Below are positions 25,377 to 25,644 of a stretch of DNA of 25,644 bases, piece after piece; position 1 is the stretch's first letter; each line of letters opens with the position of its first letter. The stretch is from a virus (Duplodnaviria; Caudoviricetes). The notes beneath the pieces were generated by a model. The model had not been told where the DNA came from and did no database searches. It saw nothing but the letters and a program-made list of their open reading frames with translations. The position numbers and the translations under genes were made by a program. The DNA lies in the IMG/VR virus record IMGVR_UViG_3300025892_003904, positions 1 through 25,644 of that record, one strand, 5' to 3'.

Positions 25377-25387
25377 CGTATATTTAC
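25355..25387 (+). promoter_or_regulatory. Bipartite promoter-like motif, copy 5 (TTTGG...TCGTATATTTAC), overlapping the terminator
   Basis: TTGG at 25356, TCGTATATTTAC at 25376; leader AAAAATAAAGGTT-ATG. Confidence 0.8.
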
Positions 25388-25427
25388 GTATTGTTATGAT
25401 TAAGTAGCAACACTAAAAATAAAGGTT

Positions 25428-25644
25428 ATGAAAACATTTAAAGATATTACTTTTAAACAACACAAATTAGGTAAAGGACACATCCAAGGATTATTAATGC
25501 TAGATAATGGTATTGAATTATCTGTAGTAGCAGGTAATGGAATGTACAGTACATCTAAAAATGGTGCTAGATCAGCAGTTAATAAGGTAAAAGATGTTGC
25601 ATCATTTGAGGTTGCTATAATTAATAAAGATGGTGAATTTGTTG
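25428..25644 (+). CDS. Hypothetical phage protein, 3'-truncated by window edge
   Basis: MKTFKDITFKQH...DNGIELSVVAG..MYS...FEVAII; open to the end of the window, behind promoter copy 5. Confidence 0.75.
   Translation, partial: MKTFKDITFKQHKLGKGHIQGLLMLDNGIELSVVAGNGMYSTSKNGARSAVNKVKDVASFEVAIINKDGEFV

Noticed and set aside
19540-25387. CRISPR array or mobile-element ends from the recurring TCGTATATTYAC
   Set aside because: Copies are short, 0.2-2.9 kb apart, irregularly spaced and placed upstream of transcription units; no cas1/cas2 or transposase.
1-25644. Stop-codon reassignment as seen in some large phages
   Set aside because: Genes are intact and tile densely under code 11; TAG (20925, 25320) and TGA both act as stops.

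Overview
A very AT-rich, gene-dense segment with all credible genes on the + strand. It is most likely part of a large tailed-phage genome, and a Bacteroidota/Flavobacteria host is inferred. Block 1 (1-4214) holds a GroEL C-terminus, T4 gp44- and gp62-like clamp-loader subunits, a DUF1599/Nmad1-like protein, a Cas4/AddB-like nuclease and a small RHH-like protein. Block 2 (4227-19538) is a ~15 kb translationally coupled glycosylation cluster. It has five glycosyltransferases (2x GT4, 2x GT2, GT11), Gmd, an RmlB-like 4,6-dehydratase, a His-variant PLP 3-dehydratase lacking Fe-S cysteines, a miniature DegT-family enzyme, a cupin and a GNAT. It also carries a ThDP enzyme + DmpF + DmpG + SDR module whose chemistry predicts a C4-acyl-branched (yersiniose/erwiniose-type) NDP-sugar. 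No polysaccharide export or polymerase genes are present in the window. Block 3 (19540-25644) is a series of small cassettes. Five gaps carry a repeated bipartite promoter-like motif (TTWGG...TCGTATATTYAC); four of these also carry an AATAAAGGT leader and precede genes, while the fifth drives a ~116-nt ORF-free structured RNA candidate. All family calls come from motif recognition by eye, not database searches.
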